NCBI GenBank assembly: GCA_964187785.1 | Contig: OZ076409.1 | Coordinates: 70,992,001 to 71,056,000 of the forward strand | Direction of reading: 5' to 3' | Source: Amphiscolops sp. MND2022 | Lineage: Eukaryota | Length of the DNA: 64,000 bases | In this document: positions 63,360-64,000 of the stretch, piece after piece | Layout: each line of letters starts with the position of its first letter | How positions within the stretch are numbered: position 1 is the first letter of the stretch | Notes under the pieces: generated by a model | The model's input: the letters and a program-made list of their open reading frames with translations, nothing else | What the model was told of the DNA's origin: nothing | Database searches by the model: none | Program-made: the position numbers and the translations under genes

Positions 63360-64000
63360 GTGGCCGTGTCTTTTCGACGTGCTTTTGCATCGAGGAGTGG
63401 GTAGGGCCCCGCGACGACCTAGAAGAATTGGATGCTCACCGAAACGTGCAGAATTCTACGAGATCTCATAGTTTGAGCCATACGATTTTTCTGAAATTTG
63501 GCATGTGGCCTGGAATTGGTGAGTAGGTAAAACGTGTAGGAGGTGATTTTTCCCAAATTCCACTGTGAGACGAGATATGGGCAAATAACGGTCCCAAAAA
63601 TGGCAAAAATGCACTTTTTTCAAGTTTGTCAGCCCATATCTCGTTCCCAGGTGCCCGGAGCGGGACGCGTTAAGCTGATTATAAACTCTAGGGTGTTGAG
63701 GCTGTACGGTGAACTTGGGCCCGTTCCGATCCGACTTGTAGTCTTGGAGAAATAACGGTATTTTTGGGGAACCTTTTCTAACGGTCCAGCTTATCTTTGC
63801 CATTTTTTCGAAAATGTACTCGCCTAAAGGCCTCCCCCTGGCCGAATTTACTCCCAGCAAAACCATTTGGCCCTAAATACGGAGTTTCAGCGTTCCAGCA
63901 TTCCCGGGCGAAAAGTTGTGGGACTTGGAAAATTTTCAAAAATTTTCAAAAAAATTTTTTTTCGTTTTCCGGGCCCCCAATGAAGGGGAAACGACCCCCC
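63360..64000 (+). mobile_element. Partial (5' part) short unit, head H5
   Basis: Near-identical to the start of 23577-24845 and 49717-50985; the array continues beyond the window. Confidence 0.85.

Noticed and set aside
1..64000. True integron (attC/IntI) array
   Set aside because: No tyrosine recombinase, no GTTRRRY-bounded attC sites and no cassette ORFs; the similarity is organisational only.

Overview
Eukaryotic, AT-rich DNA (host not identifiable from sequence). The whole window is one uninterrupted head-to-tail array of rolling-circle (Helitron-like) elements, all on the + strand. I count 37 junctions, each with the core CTAGGTG (one CTGGGTG), preceded by the hairpin GGGCATGCC-GA-GGCATGCCC. 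They delimit 35 complete non-coding units in two tight size classes (27 of 1268-1294 bp, 8 of 1971-1994 bp), two partial edge units, and one 12,049-bp putatively autonomous unit (24846-36894). The autonomous unit encodes an intact 2327-aa HUH(Y2)-Rep/Pif1-like helicase with a C-terminal SLX1-type GIY-YIG-like domain, plus a probably spliced second gene (possible RPA-like OB-fold protein). The units belong to several diverged families and occur in shuffled order with no host DNA between them. They share cis-structures whose pairing is conserved while sequence varies. My inference is a helper/satellite rolling-circle system that inserts site-specifically at its own junction and builds a cassette-like array. 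The many short ORFs in the repeats are judged spurious.
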